Source: Podarcis cretensis
Taxonomy: Eukaryota
Reading direction: 5' to 3'
DNA length: 64,000 bases
Assembly: GCA_951804945.1 (NCBI GenBank)
Contig: OX638150.1
Location: 70,928,001-70,992,000, forward strand
Below, in pieces: positions 50,047 through 63,047 of this stretch (positions are counted from its first letter, which is position 1; each line of letters opens with the position of its first letter). The notes below the pieces were generated by a model, which made no database searches, was not told the DNA's origin, and was given only the letters and a program-made list of their open reading frames with translations. The position numbers and the translations under genes were made by a program.

Positions 50047-53000
50047 CTGGAAAGGCAGACAGAAAGACATGCTTTATGAAGGCCTTGTCTTGGAATGACA
50101 GCACACCTCGTTGCTCTCAGCAATCCCTGTGTGACATGTTTGTGTTCATGAGAACTGGCATCTTTAGGAGTAAAAGACACACTCTCTAGTCTTTAGAGCA
50201 ATATTGCTTCATTAATATTGTTGTCAGACCTCCTGCCCTGAGGCCATCAAAAGCTGCTCCCATTGCTCACTGGTGGCCTAGCACAGCAATGGATGCTACA
50301 GACCCAATGGCAACGGGAGAGGAAAAGGCAGGAAGTCAGAGAATGGGCCCGTATGGTGCCTCCTAAGAAACAGGGTCTTAGGGTCAGGCTGCTTTATAAA
50401 GACATCTGGAACTCCCTCTTGGCCACAGTTGGTGGTCTCAAAGTGTAGGACATCTTGACAGGTCCACCTGACTTAACATCGTATGAGTTATTTTCTAGGT
50501 TGATGAGGCTTCATTAAATGGGGACTGCTTAATTCCAGAGGCTGGTCCCTCAGAAGCCAACGGCTTTTGTACAGACACACAGCACAGCTTAATGCGCACC
50601 AAATTTTCCAGCCACCTTGGTGTACAAGTTGCACACAATCAGAGGGCAAATGTCTCCAAAAAGCAACAGCATCCTGGCAAATTAAACAGGTCTTGAACAG
50701 CAGAAATTGCATTCTTCATTTGATTGATATTCAACTCAAGAGCAAGAGGCAGCTGTTTAGCAACTAGATTGACTGACATACTGCATTTGCTATATGCTGC
50801 AGCCTGGAAGAACAAGAATGGGTGCAGGCGGGGGGAGGAAATGTCACCATGAATTGTCTTGACTAGGAAGCAGAACCTCCATACATTTTAAGCACCTCTT
50901 TAAGCCATTTGTTGGGTCAGGTTCAACAAACAGGTCCTACTAGTGGAAGCCTGAGCAAAGGCTGGTTCTCTTCCCAGCATGCACCCCCAAATTGGCTTGG
51001 GGGGGTCAGAAGAACCCCCATAACAGGGGGTGGAGGGGAGATTGTTCTACCAGAAAAGCAGAAATGCTTGCACTGATGGAATGATCTCCTTATCACCATG
51101 TTGAATTCGTCCCACTATCTCTGTTATGAGGGAGATGATTAGGACAACCAGTAAATACCAAATTATGCATATTTATTTTCATGCTGACGCCAGGTTGTCT
51201 GTTTATAAACAAGCACAAGTGAGAGGAGAGAAAGCGGCTGTCCTGAAGGAGCAAAATAATTACCGTAAAAACGAATTCTCAGGCATTTAAAGTTATACTT
51301 ATGAATTCCAACATTAAAAAAAACCAACCCTCAGTCTGAAAAAGGATTTTTATTTATTTATTTAATTCATACACCACCCTTCATCATAGGATCACAGGAT
51401 GCTTTACAGCATAAAAACACACATTTTTTTAAAAAAACAAACGAAAGAATAACCCCCCTCACCACATTTGTTATCATCTTGTTCCCATAAACACCTGATC
51501 ATGTTGAGAGTCCAGCTGCTGTAATGATTCAAGAGAGCTCTTATCTGCACTGACTACTAATTATGAATTTTAAGTAATGACTATGACACCTTACTTACAC
51601 TGGATCAGCTGTGATGTATTATTTCTCACTAATTAGTTGGGGTTTCTGCTACATTCTTGCAGCCATTTTGACTTACCAAATACATGTAGACTTGCAGCTT
51701 AATAATATAATCTTTTATCAAAATGACCATTCACAACTTTTAATTACTTCCTCCTACACTTTCCATTCAAAGAAGATTAAATATGGTAAGAACTGCCTTA
51801 ACAGATGAACACAATAGTTGGATTAAGAAGTCTTACAGACTACTTAAACCCTCAGATTTCATGATGGTACACGAAATGATATGTTCATGATGGAACATAT
51901 CATTTGCAATAGGAGTTATGTTTCTGCCAGTTTTTTACATAAACACACATACTCACAAAGATTAATTTCTTGTTATTAGCTTTTTTGTTCTTTGTTTGTC
52001 TTCTTGTTCTTATAGATTTGTATTATTACAATAAGAATTTAATAAAAATTACTTGTTAAAAAGCTCAATTTTTCATGTTCCCTAACTGAAAGCCAACCTT
52101 TGTTCATCACAAAGCATTAGAAGATATGTCTCATTACTTGTAGCTCCCACAATCAGCAAATGAAGCAGTCACAACAAGATAAGCAGGCTAATAGTACAAA
52201 GAACTGGAGAGATGAAATTTATGGGAAGTATTATGCAGCCCTACACAGAACTATTACAACAGCTACCAATGTCATAAGAGTGAAATGTGAGAACATAAAG
52301 TGGAATCTCAAAAGATTAAAATCAGAAGGCACAATTGCCCTCCTCACGTGTGCCTCCATGTATACACATAAAGGGAGATGGTGCTGTGTTCTCCTAGCCC
52401 TGCCCCTGAGGTTGCTATACCTCTGACACTTGCACACTGCGTGGGATTCTGCAAAGGTACAGCTATGCATGTACATGGAAAGGCACTTTATGTGAGGACA
52501 CCTCGACCATGCAGGGGTCCTTGTCATCTCAATTGTCTATTTGCATACAATTGTACAATACCCTTTTCTGGTGTCCCACTCAATGCCCAGATTTCAGATA
52601 TGCAGCAAAAGTCCTGGCCCTGCCTTTCTCCTGCCCTCCATTTTTAGTGAATGTGTACGGTTCAATGCTAAGCCCATGGCAGCCAGAAGCAGAATGGGCA
52701 GCATTTCCTGGTAATCCAGTATAAACTCTTGGAGCTATTGTGATGATCTGAAAGCATGAACTGTGCTAGCACTGTACAGAGAAACACACTGGGCCCTTCC
52801 TACCCTCAACATACCAAATAGCAGAATTAAAGTCACATCATTTCCTGAAGACCACTGGTTTGAAATTGGGGTTTACGGGACACTGCGCTGAGGTACTTTT
52901 GGAGTGGTTCACACTCTTGTCTCTCTAACTGCTACTCCCTTGTCTCGCTTTCTCTTTATTCACATCTCCCTCTTCCCCCATTTTCCTCCCTCCTTGTCCT

Positions 53001-54957
53001 ATGTGGACCTGGGGCTGCTGGTTGCCCACTCTGCTCTGTGGGTCACTGTTGGACCACCTCAGAATACAGGGATTGGTCACAGATACAAAGCAGCACTTTC
53101 CGTCCTTGTAAGAAGAAGTGAGCCTGCTTCCTGGGATGCAGCCAGTGCATTTCCAAGGAACATGCATTTGTTTCTACTGTACACTTAACTTTATGGCTGT
53201 GCAAAGCTGCCAGTGGGGACTACTGCTGTCTGGCACCCCTTTCCTCCAAGGAAGACTAAGTCAACATTCAGAAAGGGCCTTTGTGAGTGGTTTGTCAAGG
53301 GCCAGATGATCCAGACTGCTCAGCAATGCAGCACTTGGGTGTAGAGAAGCAGGGGACCGAATTGCTTTAGAGCACTATTAGCTTTCCTACTCATAAAGTG
53401 AGGAAGGCCGTTCCCTTGCCGAGAAAGGAATTAACACACAGTCAGGGTGCTGCCAAAACACCACTCATTTGAAGACATATGTAAGTCTCTTACCAATACC
53501 AGGGAGAGCAGCCAGAGCACTTTGAACTGAACTGTTTCAAGAGACAGGCCTCCTGCTTCATTCAACCTGTGGGGCACACAATGGTGCCATAACTGTCCTG
53601 AGGACTCCGCCGTGAGATGGAGAGGTTGCTCACCTGGAAAGGAGGCTGCACATGCTGTGGAGAAAGGGGCTTCAGGTGACCTTCTCTAGGAGAGTGTTCA
53701 GGACTTGTGTTTGTTATAGGGAAATCAGCAAAAACAAAGTGGTCCTGTAAAAGACTGTATGTGGCATGTCTACTGCCACATACATGTATGATACAATACC
53801 AAAGTGCAAATCCAGACATAGGCAATTGCAAAGACCTCAAAGAAATGGATGGTTGAGCTAACCCAATGTTTTGTGTTGAATTTTGACTATTTCTACTGAG
53901 GAATCTTATATCGTTCCAGAAAACATCTGATGCTTTAATGGTCATGTTGTATTTTGCTAATGGGTTTTGTGTTGTCTTCTCCAGCTGCTGAGACTGAAAA
54001 GCTTTGCATAGCTTGAAAAAAATTGTGAGAGTCAAGTCCCATTTAAGCATGTTAGGCCTAATGGAATTACAACCCACAGATCACTTCCTGATGGCTAAAA
54101 CTAATTTGATATTAATTGAATTACTCTTCCTGCTCAGCCTGCCACATAGCAGTGACCTAGCTCTCACTGAAGTGGTAAACATGTGTCTCACTTGTACCAG
54201 TTCACAGTGCATTTGGAGGCTCACATGGTGGGATGCTCCCTACACATAGAAAATGAGCATGCCAGAGAGAAGAGAAGACCAGAGGCCTTCTTCCTGACAT
54301 GCTAGTTTTCTAGGTGAAGGGATATTTTTTTCATGAACAAAGGAAAATTCAATCACATGAATCCCCACTTGCTCTCAGAGAGAACTGGATATTTTTGTTC
54401 AATTTCTTTAATAAAATAAATGCTTAAATCTGCATCATCTCAGATGACGATTTTAGCTCAATGACCTCAACATTCAAGCCTACTTCATCAACTATATGGA
54501 GAATGTGAAGTTCATGGGCTAACCAGGTCTGACTTCACATACTGTTGGATATATAGATAAAGGATTAGGAACAGCTCAGTTCTTGTAAAAGTTTTGCTGC
54601 TTTGCATCATCCATTTTGTGGCGAAGTATGTTTGACACTGGGTCTCAACAACACTTTCACTTCCCTTCCCTGGAAAATACACCACTTCAAGATCAGAGAG
54701 GAGAAATCAATTCATTTACAGCTCACTTCAGGGCATATGCACACACTCTGGAATCACAATTCAAGAAAGACATGGACATAGGAAAAACAGAACACTTAAT
54801 ATTTGCTTAGAGGAAAAAGATTGCAAGTGGGGGCAGAGATTAATTTTACATATATTTACAAGGTTTTCAGGAAGAAAAACACAGTATCACCAGAAAGGCT
54901 GTGTTGTTGTTGTTTTTAAATCAATTTGAGCTAACCCTGTCTATGGAAGTTACGTTA

Positions 54958-55126
54958 GGATTGCCATATTTCAAAAAGTAAAAACCAGGACACACTGAAA
55001 GTTGATGAGTTGTTTTTTGTTTCAATTGACATGCCTAAGATCCAGGACAAAGCACCTCCTTTCAGACATCAATTCCACCTTTGAAATCCCAGTAATGTCT
55101 GGGAAAATCCAGATGTATGGCAGCCC
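54958..55126. mobile_element. PIF/Harbinger-like MITE
   Basis: tta|ggattgccata ... tatggcagccc|taa: imperfect TIRs with TWA-type flanks. Confidence 0.5.
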
Positions 55127-56951
55127 TAAGTTACCGTATCACTCTCTTTCATGCAACATTTTCATGAAAAGTGCCGTCTGTCCAGAGTAGCCTTTCCTTT
55201 TTCAGATCCAGGAGAGGCCTTTCATTTCAACCTGAAGAATGGGGAACCCCCTTTTAAAATCCATTTGCAGCCTGTCTCTTAGTTACCATTGGCGTGATCC
55301 ACCTTCTATCAGACCCAGTTGTGGCCCATGAGTTGAAGACCAATGGCATAGCACAGAGGCAGGGAATCTCAGGTCTAAGGGTCAAGCACAGCCCTAGTCT
55401 AGGCTGCTCTCTCTGTCCCCAATAATTCTTCCCAGGCTACCCCCTCACTCAGAGTGTTTTTGCCTGGCTGGAATGTGTCCTTGTACTCTGATAATGCCTC
55501 TTAACTTGTCTGGATGGAGGACACAGAGGGTTTTGTGTGTCTGTAGAAAGTAGCCTACTGTAAAAAGGGCACAAACGCATTCATTGCTCTGTCCATTTTT
55601 GCCCCGATCCTACCCATCGCTGGCATGTGGCCTTCAGAAGATTTTCCAGACAGGAATGTAGCCCTCAGGCTGAAAAAGATTCCTCACTTCTGGAATAAGA
55701 GTACACTGCCTTAATATACTGCTTGAGTCATATGATCAGTGGGATTAGGCACAACTCTGAAGTTAAGAGGGAAAAGGGAGTCTTGTAGAAGTGACAGAGT
55801 GCCAGCCTAATTTCTATTTAATGGGATTGCAGAAATGACGAAGAAGCCTGCACCATTAACGCCTAAGAAGCCATCTGTCTTGGCTGCAAAGTTCACTTCC
55901 TTTCCCTTTTCAGACCTTGACCTTCAAGAAAACTTGTCACCTTTAAGAGATGTGTCAGTACAGTCCTATTGTTCCAACGGCAAAGATGAGCAAGACAGCT
56001 CAAGGTCATTACATTTTGGGTTGCAAAACAAAAGCTAAAGTAATGTAGTTCTTACAGATTTTCAAATGCAGACTACATCAGGCCTAAATCAGAGCCCTGA
56101 GAAACACTGTCGTTCAGTAATTTGTCAGGAGCACAGCTCAAGGCATGTCTAACAGCCAATAGCAATGTCACCATGGAAAGTTACCGAGAAAATATCTCCT
56201 TTTTTAACAATGAAAAGGCAATTATCTCACACACCCTGAACTTATAAAAATGCAGCAGTCGCTACTGAATCTTGCTGAGAGTGGAAAAACACTGGCCATT
56301 AAATGGCAACCCCATATACAAGCTAGAGTAGTGCACTCAAAGGTCTTTGATTAACCCAACATCTTTGCATTCAACTCATTTGGCAATTCGGAATAAGTTT
56401 AGGGCACTTGCTTGGATGCAGTCAATTTACCATGCACTTGCCACACCAGCTTATGCAGATCACTTAAAATTGATGCATATCACTTAAAAGCAGAGTGTGT
56501 TGGTTCCCAACCACATGCATTTAGAACTATTTAGACCTTTAAAATATGATCCCTTTAGCATATGTAGTGGTTGTGAATGAATGCACTGTTTCCTCAGGGT
56601 TCTTACTTCACATGAATTAGATGCTACACCTTTCATTTTTTGGCTCACACACATAAATCTTTGTTAGTTTTCTATTGGGGGGAGGAAGGTATGTTATTTT
56701 TCCATTAGTTTAAATGTAGGATACATCTTAATTGTACTATTGTTACAGAGAAAATGAATACGTCAAAGTGCATCCCTATATTTGAAAATGAATTTAAAGT
56801 ATTTTTTTAAAAAAAAAATGCTCCCAGCTTCACCAAAAGAAAGCCAATCTTGCATTACAAATAAGAGGCAGGTTTCAAAAGATTAATGTTTCAAAGAAAA
56901 AGACTTACATAAAAATCACATGTACTAATTTATATGTATAGCTGCAACATA

Positions 56952-56986
<35 letters not shown>

Positions 56987-58974
56987 TATTATTATTAACA
57001 TCAGAAATAGTTACTAAAATTTAAACAGACATACAGAGCTTCCTATTTATGCAGGGGTTATATCCCAGGCCCCTGCACCCGTAAGTGAAATTGTGTAAAG
57101 AGGGAAGCACCCTCTAAAAATCCTTTAAATGCTTTCTCTTTAATTCATACCAAAAATACTGCACGTATTCCAAAGAACTGAAGCTCTGGGGCTGGCAGGA
57201 GGCTAGAGGATGCATGGGAAAGCTGCTGCTGCTGCTGCACTACCCCCCACACCAGCTGTTAAGTGGGGAAGCTGAGCCCTGCTGTGCCTCTGGTCTCTTT
57301 GGGGCTTCCTCGCGAGCCGAGAGGACTCTCCAGCTCTCTCCTGCCACTTCTGGGTATAAATTGAATGACTTAATTACTTTCTTGTGCTGCACATATACAC
57401 AGTCACACACAAGTAGAACACACGTAAGTTGGGGGATGCCAGTATAATACACCTAATCTCACCGTAATGGAGAGGAGAAGGACTTGTGTGCCTGCTCAGT
57501 CTGATGTCCACATGCTAACTGCTGGTGGGCAACATCAAGGCCTCTCCTGCTCTCCTCTTTCGTGGTTCTTTATCTTTAAATTGGACTTTGAATTGAGAGC
57601 CCTTTAAATGGAGGATGACTTCAAATAGAGGCTGGCCCTCTGTAAACAGAACACATGGCCACTCTGATTCAGGAGTATTTCACCTCTGGAAGAGACAGAG
57701 GAATAAGCTAGGAGGAGGGGAGACAGGGCCACTCAGCAATAAGGGGTCACTTAAGATATGCAGTAGGGATCTCTGATTGCACATTTAAAAGCAGCTGCAC
57801 AAAAACATGCAAGCAACTTTACATAGGGAAGCATCTGGCAAATATTTTCCCCAAAACATCTCCCTTGCAACTTGTAAAATAGAGGGTTAAGCACCCACTA
57901 TGTCCTGCAGCTGCTGCAGCCAAATTAGTCATTTGCTGTACTAATGGAAACCAATTATTCTGCTTTGATTTTCACTTTCCTCAAATAAAGCAGCCTGGGT
58001 CTCCCAGGAAATTGCCCTCCAGCTGCTGCTCTCTCTGCCCCAGCAATTACTCTACAGACATGCCCGGTCAACTTTGAGCATCTGTTCAGGGGCAAAGGGT
58101 AAGTCAGTGGCATGCAGTCTCTCTCTTGCCCTCTGTCCATTGAGGAGAGCAAACTGTGTTTCTACAGAGTTGGAATTACTGGACAAATCTCAGTCACCTC
58201 TGCCTCTGCTTTGATCAGAGATCACTTATTGCAGTTGGACCTCTCTCCAGCCCAACAGTCTCACCTGATGGCTGATGGCACCAATGCAGCCTCCAGTTCA
58301 AAGGATGCAAGTTGAGGTCACACTATTGGTTCAGCCACAGGTGACCATGAAGTGATGAAAATCCAAGATGGTCAAGTAAATCAATACCAAAAGTATAAAA
58401 GCCTCAACAAATGTCAAATATGTAAATAGGGATGAAGGGAGGTAAATCAATAAATTGTGCCTCACCAATTATGTAGATACCGACATACAGCACAGACTAA
58501 AAAAAGACAATGGTTGTAGGGAGTTTGATCTGGCTTCTGAAATCTATGCATCTGCCCTTGAGAATTCTCTCATTCTCCCTCTCCCTCTCCCTCCCTCTCT
58601 CTCACACACATTTGCTTCCTCCACAGGAACAACACTACAGCTAACACCTTAGCAAGATCATCCACACAATAAGCAGCCAATAATAATTGCATCAGCACAC
58701 ACAGAAAATGAAATTGGAGAGAAGGGGCAAAATCTGAATGGAGAGCCAACTTTTTTTTAATGCTGGCATTTTGAATGTTGCTCAACTTTTGTGCCCAGAT
58801 TTTTGCTTTTTGAAATATGGTAACCCTAGGTTTGAGGAATCTTTGGCCCTCCAGATATTGCTGAATTACAATTCCCATCATCCTCAGCAAGCATGGCCAG
58901 GGATGATGCGAGTTGTAGTACAGCAACATCTGGAGGGCCAAAGGTTCTGCACATCTGCTCAAGGACAATGATTT

Positions 58975-59135
58975 GCTGTATAGCTAAGTTGTTTAGAGCA
59001 CAGTGTTGATAACACCAGGGTTGTAGGTTTGATTCCCCTACAGTACAGTTGCATAGTCCTGCATTGCGGGGGGGGGGGGGTGTGGACTAGATCATCCTTC
59101 CTCAGGGGTCCCTTCCAACTCTATGATTCTATGAT
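58975..59135 (+). mobile_element. tRNA-headed SINE with CR1-type tail
   Basis: tagctaagttgtttagagcacagtgttgataacaccagggttgtaggtttgattcccc (tRNA-like), followed by ggactagat...cccttccaactctatgattctatga. Confidence 0.65.
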
Positions 59136-61463
59136 CAGTTTCCTTATGCAGAAAAACTGAAAAATGAGATAAACTGAAAAGCTGGATAAACAAAAGGACC
59201 TGTGATGGCATGGAACAGGTCTGTTTGATCTAGTACAGCCAAGCAAATTATAATGCATGACTTCACCCCAAAGTGTAAAGATAGCACTGATCGAATTCAA
59301 AGCCGAACACTCTACTGCTATCAGGGATTTGGCAGTGACAGAAAGTGTGGTTGTATACCACTACAGAAGCAAGGATAATGAGGCTGTACACTGCTTGTAC
59401 GAATTCACTAAAGCCAAGGTAACAACAAAGGATGAAGGTTGGAGAAACAGCGAGGTGATAATCTGGCATAGCAACAGAAAGGATGTCACTGCCTCCAGCC
59501 ATAAGCCTTCCCTGAGGACACCATATCCTGGGGAGGACCACAGTGAGGAAAATTTCAGAACTGTGCCAGGGGAGTCACTTGTTAACTTCAAAAGGCTGAA
59601 AGACTCAAACACACCAGTCACAATGAAAACAGAAGCCTCAAGCTCAATTTGCTTTCACAGAATCAAGGAGTTGGAAGCTGAAGTGGCTGGCAGGGTGGAC
59701 ACAACCTCCTAACGGAGGCAGCACTGCTGCTGACTGGGACAGAGAGTCCCAAGCTTGCCACTGCCCTGCCCTGTTGTGGGAAGCTGCAGCAATGCTGCTG
59801 CTAGGAAGCTGCTTTCACAGCCCCGGCAGCTGTTGCTGGTTGGAAGGGCACCCCACTGGTCAATACAATATCTGCATCTTTGGCAGATAACTAACCAGTC
59901 TCTGCTTAGTTACATTCACCTTCGTTAGTCTGTTCCATTGCTGAATGGCTATTACCATTCAGAAGGTTCTCCTGAGTTTCAGCCAAAATCTACATTCTAG
60001 TATGAATGTGTATTTATACATTACGCTGTGCTTTGGGTATTAAAATACAAGCTTTCGGGTGTGCATACACTGAAAGTCTGTGATGCTGACATAAGGTTTT
60101 TTTTAAACTATATTTTTAGTTAAGAGGCCTAATCACAGAAGTTGTCATGAAGGTCACAAAGAAACTACGACCACATGTATCACAAATATAATGTGTGAAG
60201 TTCTAGACAGATAAAAATGACTAACTCTTGGGGGGCAAACTATCCAGAACAATAGGGTCACAATCTTGGTTGTGGTCCTTTGGTGCTACGGTGTGATCTA
60301 TTCTTCCACGCCTACCCCTAAAAAAAATAATAATTCAATGAAGATCCAAAGATTACAAAATTGCAAAGACTTACATAGATGCCCTGAGAAACTGTAAACA
60401 GCAGAGGAGCTTGGGCTGCTTCGCAAGACCCACCCCCTCCTTTTACTAAGCCTGCTTCTTTATCTCCCCTTGTAATAGTGCTGCTGGCGCAAATTGCTGC
60501 AGCTCTCATGTGCCACTCTGATGCCCAGTCCAAGGATAGCTGTGCAGGATTTTTCTGCCCCCACATGGCACAACAAAGAAACTACATGCCATTCAGAAAA
60601 AAAAACCCCTTCACTACTGTCCTCCCCTTCCCCTCTCTTCTTATCACCACTCCCTCTTACACAAGCCAATAGGATTTCTTCTTGGTCCACAAAGCTTACC
60701 CTTCAGTGTTCACAGGCAGCTTGTAAATAGGAGCAGAAGAGGGTGAAAGTGTTTGCATACAGTGCTGTCGGCTGAAAGATGAAACAACCGGCAGGAAAGA
60801 GTGATGCTGCTCAATATAACCCAGAAAGGAAGATATCCGGGTAAGAGCTGCTTTCTTTGGCGTTTCTATATGAGATTACAGAGGTGAAGAAATGGGCTCG
60901 TATTGGCCCTTTTATGATGAATCTGTACTGGAGTTGCTTAGCCTCAAGATAAGGATCCACTAATGGAAACTTTGGGATCTAAGGACATTTGACTTGGCAA
61001 AGCAAAAAAAAAATAAAAATGGATCCAGCTTCTCCCTGGACCAATGTTACTGAAGGAGCAGCCTCAAATAGATGCAAGGTTGGGTTATTTGGAGAGGGAC
61101 ACTTTAGAGGCAAATCCTGTAAACATGCTCAAGGCTTTTGAATCAGAGCTCAAGATGATCTATATAGACATACCTTGTTTTTGAAATTATTTCAGGCAAT
61201 ACATGCACACAGACTCCTGCCAGTTTCTACAACTACCAAGAGAGGCATGCAGAACAGCAGTTACATGCTGGCCTTTGATTACAGCATATTTCTTAAATGC
61301 CTGTTTATTCTGAGTGAGACAACCCAATATTTTAAGGAGCATAATTCAGAGTCTTTAGGCACCATCTGATTTTACCGATTCATTCTACTGTTGCCCTTTC
61401 ACACATCAGTGTCTTGCAAGAGGATTATACTCAGTGTGAATTTGACTTTGAGAACTTATTTCC

Positions 61464-63047
61464 ATGCTAGTGACAAACCAGGGTGAGCTCCACTGTTACA
61501 TGATGAATGTACTGACCTTGGCTTTATTTATTTGGAAACTGCTTGGAAAGCTGTTAGTTTTCTTTGTCCTGTGCATTCAAGTCAGCACCTTAAACAACTG
61601 CACTCTCAGAAGATGTCCTGAAGTTTGCATTTGTACTGCTGATCTCATGAGTTGTGCCAAGAAGGATCTTGAACAGGTCCCCAGCACCCTGCTTCCCACA
61701 GCCACTACCTTGGACCTCAGCTACAATAACATTACTCAGCTTAATGACTACTGGCTGGCTGCCTTACCACGTCTCCAGACCCTCAGGATCAGCCACAACA
61801 AGATCCACAATATCACCCGGCAAGTGTTCCACAATGCCACTTACATTGTACACCTGGACATGTCTTCCAACTACCTGAGCACTGTGGAGAAGTATTACTT
61901 TGATGGCCTTCTGAAGTTGGAGGAGCTCTTGCTATACAACAACAAGATTGTACAAGTCGATCAAAATGCTTTTGTCAAGTTAATCAGATTGCAAAAAGTC
62001 TACCTGAGTTGGAACAGGCTAACAAAATTTCCATTTGAGTCCATTCAAAGACTTGAACACCCATACCTGAGAACCCTGGATCTGTCTGCTAACAACCTAA
62101 GCAGCATTCCAGTTCAAGTAATAGCAACTTTGCCTGGGTACATAAAAAATGGCTTGTACCTTCACAACAACCCTGTGATATGTGACTGCTCTCTTCATCT
62201 GATGCTCCAGGAATGGAAGCACCGCGGTTTCAGTTCTGCGGAGGATTTTGTAGAGGAGCACACCTGCAAAGCTTTCCCCAATGTGCCACGTTCCTTAGTC
62301 AACACCTTCAATTACAACAAGTATATTGGAGATTGCTCCTGGAACCAATTTGACATTCCCCAAATCCTCTGCCAAGTGGGAGAATCCTTGGTAATAGACT
62401 GCAACACGAGCCTCCATAATGACAATGCCACAAACTACAGATGGATCTCTCCTAGACATGAATTATTCATGTACCCTGAGCACAGTAATCAGGAGCATCA
62501 ACCTTTCAGAAATGGAAGCCTATTGATCAGAAAGGGTAACCGTTCCAATTCCGGCGTTTATGTGTGCATAGCCATCAACGAGCTCCAACAGATCAACCAG
62601 ACGTTTGAAGTCAACATCACATTTCAATACCCCAAACCACCCGAGTCTTTCAATACCGGCCTCACAACCCTCTTAGGGTGTGTTGTAACTCTGGTACTTG
62701 TCCTCATGTACTTGTACCTCACACCATGTCGCTGCTCCAAGTGCTTCAAGAAGCCCGCAAGCCCCCCTCCAGACTGCAGTGCCCAATCGTCCATCCTTAG
62801 TACCACCCCACCAGCCACAGATGGGCCAAATCGCAAGATCAGCGCAAACAAGCATGTTGTTTTCCTAGAGCCCATCAAGGAAGCCCAGAATGGCAAGGTC
62901 AGGTTGGCCGTCAGTGAGGACTTTCCAGAAGCTAAAAGCCCCAGACTCTTACAGCTCAAGCTGGACAGTGAATCAATCAGCTCAGTCTTTTCAGATCCTC
63001 TCATCATGTCCTATGAGGAACGAGAACAGACACCGGCAGATGGATAG
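61464..63047 (+). CDS. AMIGO3: Amphoterin-induced protein 3 (LRR-Ig transmembrane adhesion protein), single coding exon, nested antisense in an RNF123 intron
   Basis: 527-aa ORF (true start 61464 or 61500) with a signal peptide, LRRNT CPEVCIC, LRR repeats, LRRCT LHNNPVICDC, an Ig domain (SGVYVC), TM TGLTTLLGCVVTLVLVLMYLYLTPC, and the AMIGO tail SAQSSILSTTPP...KHVVFLEP...QNGKV. Its position inside RNF123 identifies the paralogue. Confidence 0.95.
   Translation: MLVTNQGELHCYMMNVLTLALFIWKLLGKLLVFFVLCIQVSTLNNCTLRRCPEVCICTADLMSCAKKDLEQVPSTLLPTATTLDLSYNNITQLNDYWLAALPRLQTLRISHNKIHNITRQVFHNATYIVHLDMSSNYLSTVEKYYFDGLLKLEELLLYNNKIVQVDQNAFVKLIRLQKVYLSWNRLTKFPFESIQRLEHPYLRTLDLSANNLSSIPVQVIATLPGYIKNGLYLHNNPVICDCSLHLMLQEWKHRGFSSAEDFVEEHTCKAFPNVPRSLVNTFNYNKYIGDCSWNQFDIPQILCQVGESLVIDCNTSLHNDNATNYRWISPRHELFMYPEHSNQEHQPFRNGSLLIRKGNRSNSGVYVCIAINELQQINQTFEVNITFQYPKPPESFNTGLTTLLGCVVTLVLVLMYLYLTPCRCSKCFKKPASPPPDCSAQSSILSTTPPATDGPNRKISANKHVVFLEPIKEAQNGKVRLAVSEDFPEAKSPRLLQLKLDSESISSVFSDPLIMSYEEREQTPADG

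Noticed and set aside
53562-54077. 171-aa minus-strand ORF in the RNF123 intron
   Set aside because: I recognise no similarity to RNF123 or other proteins, and there is no convincing splice context.
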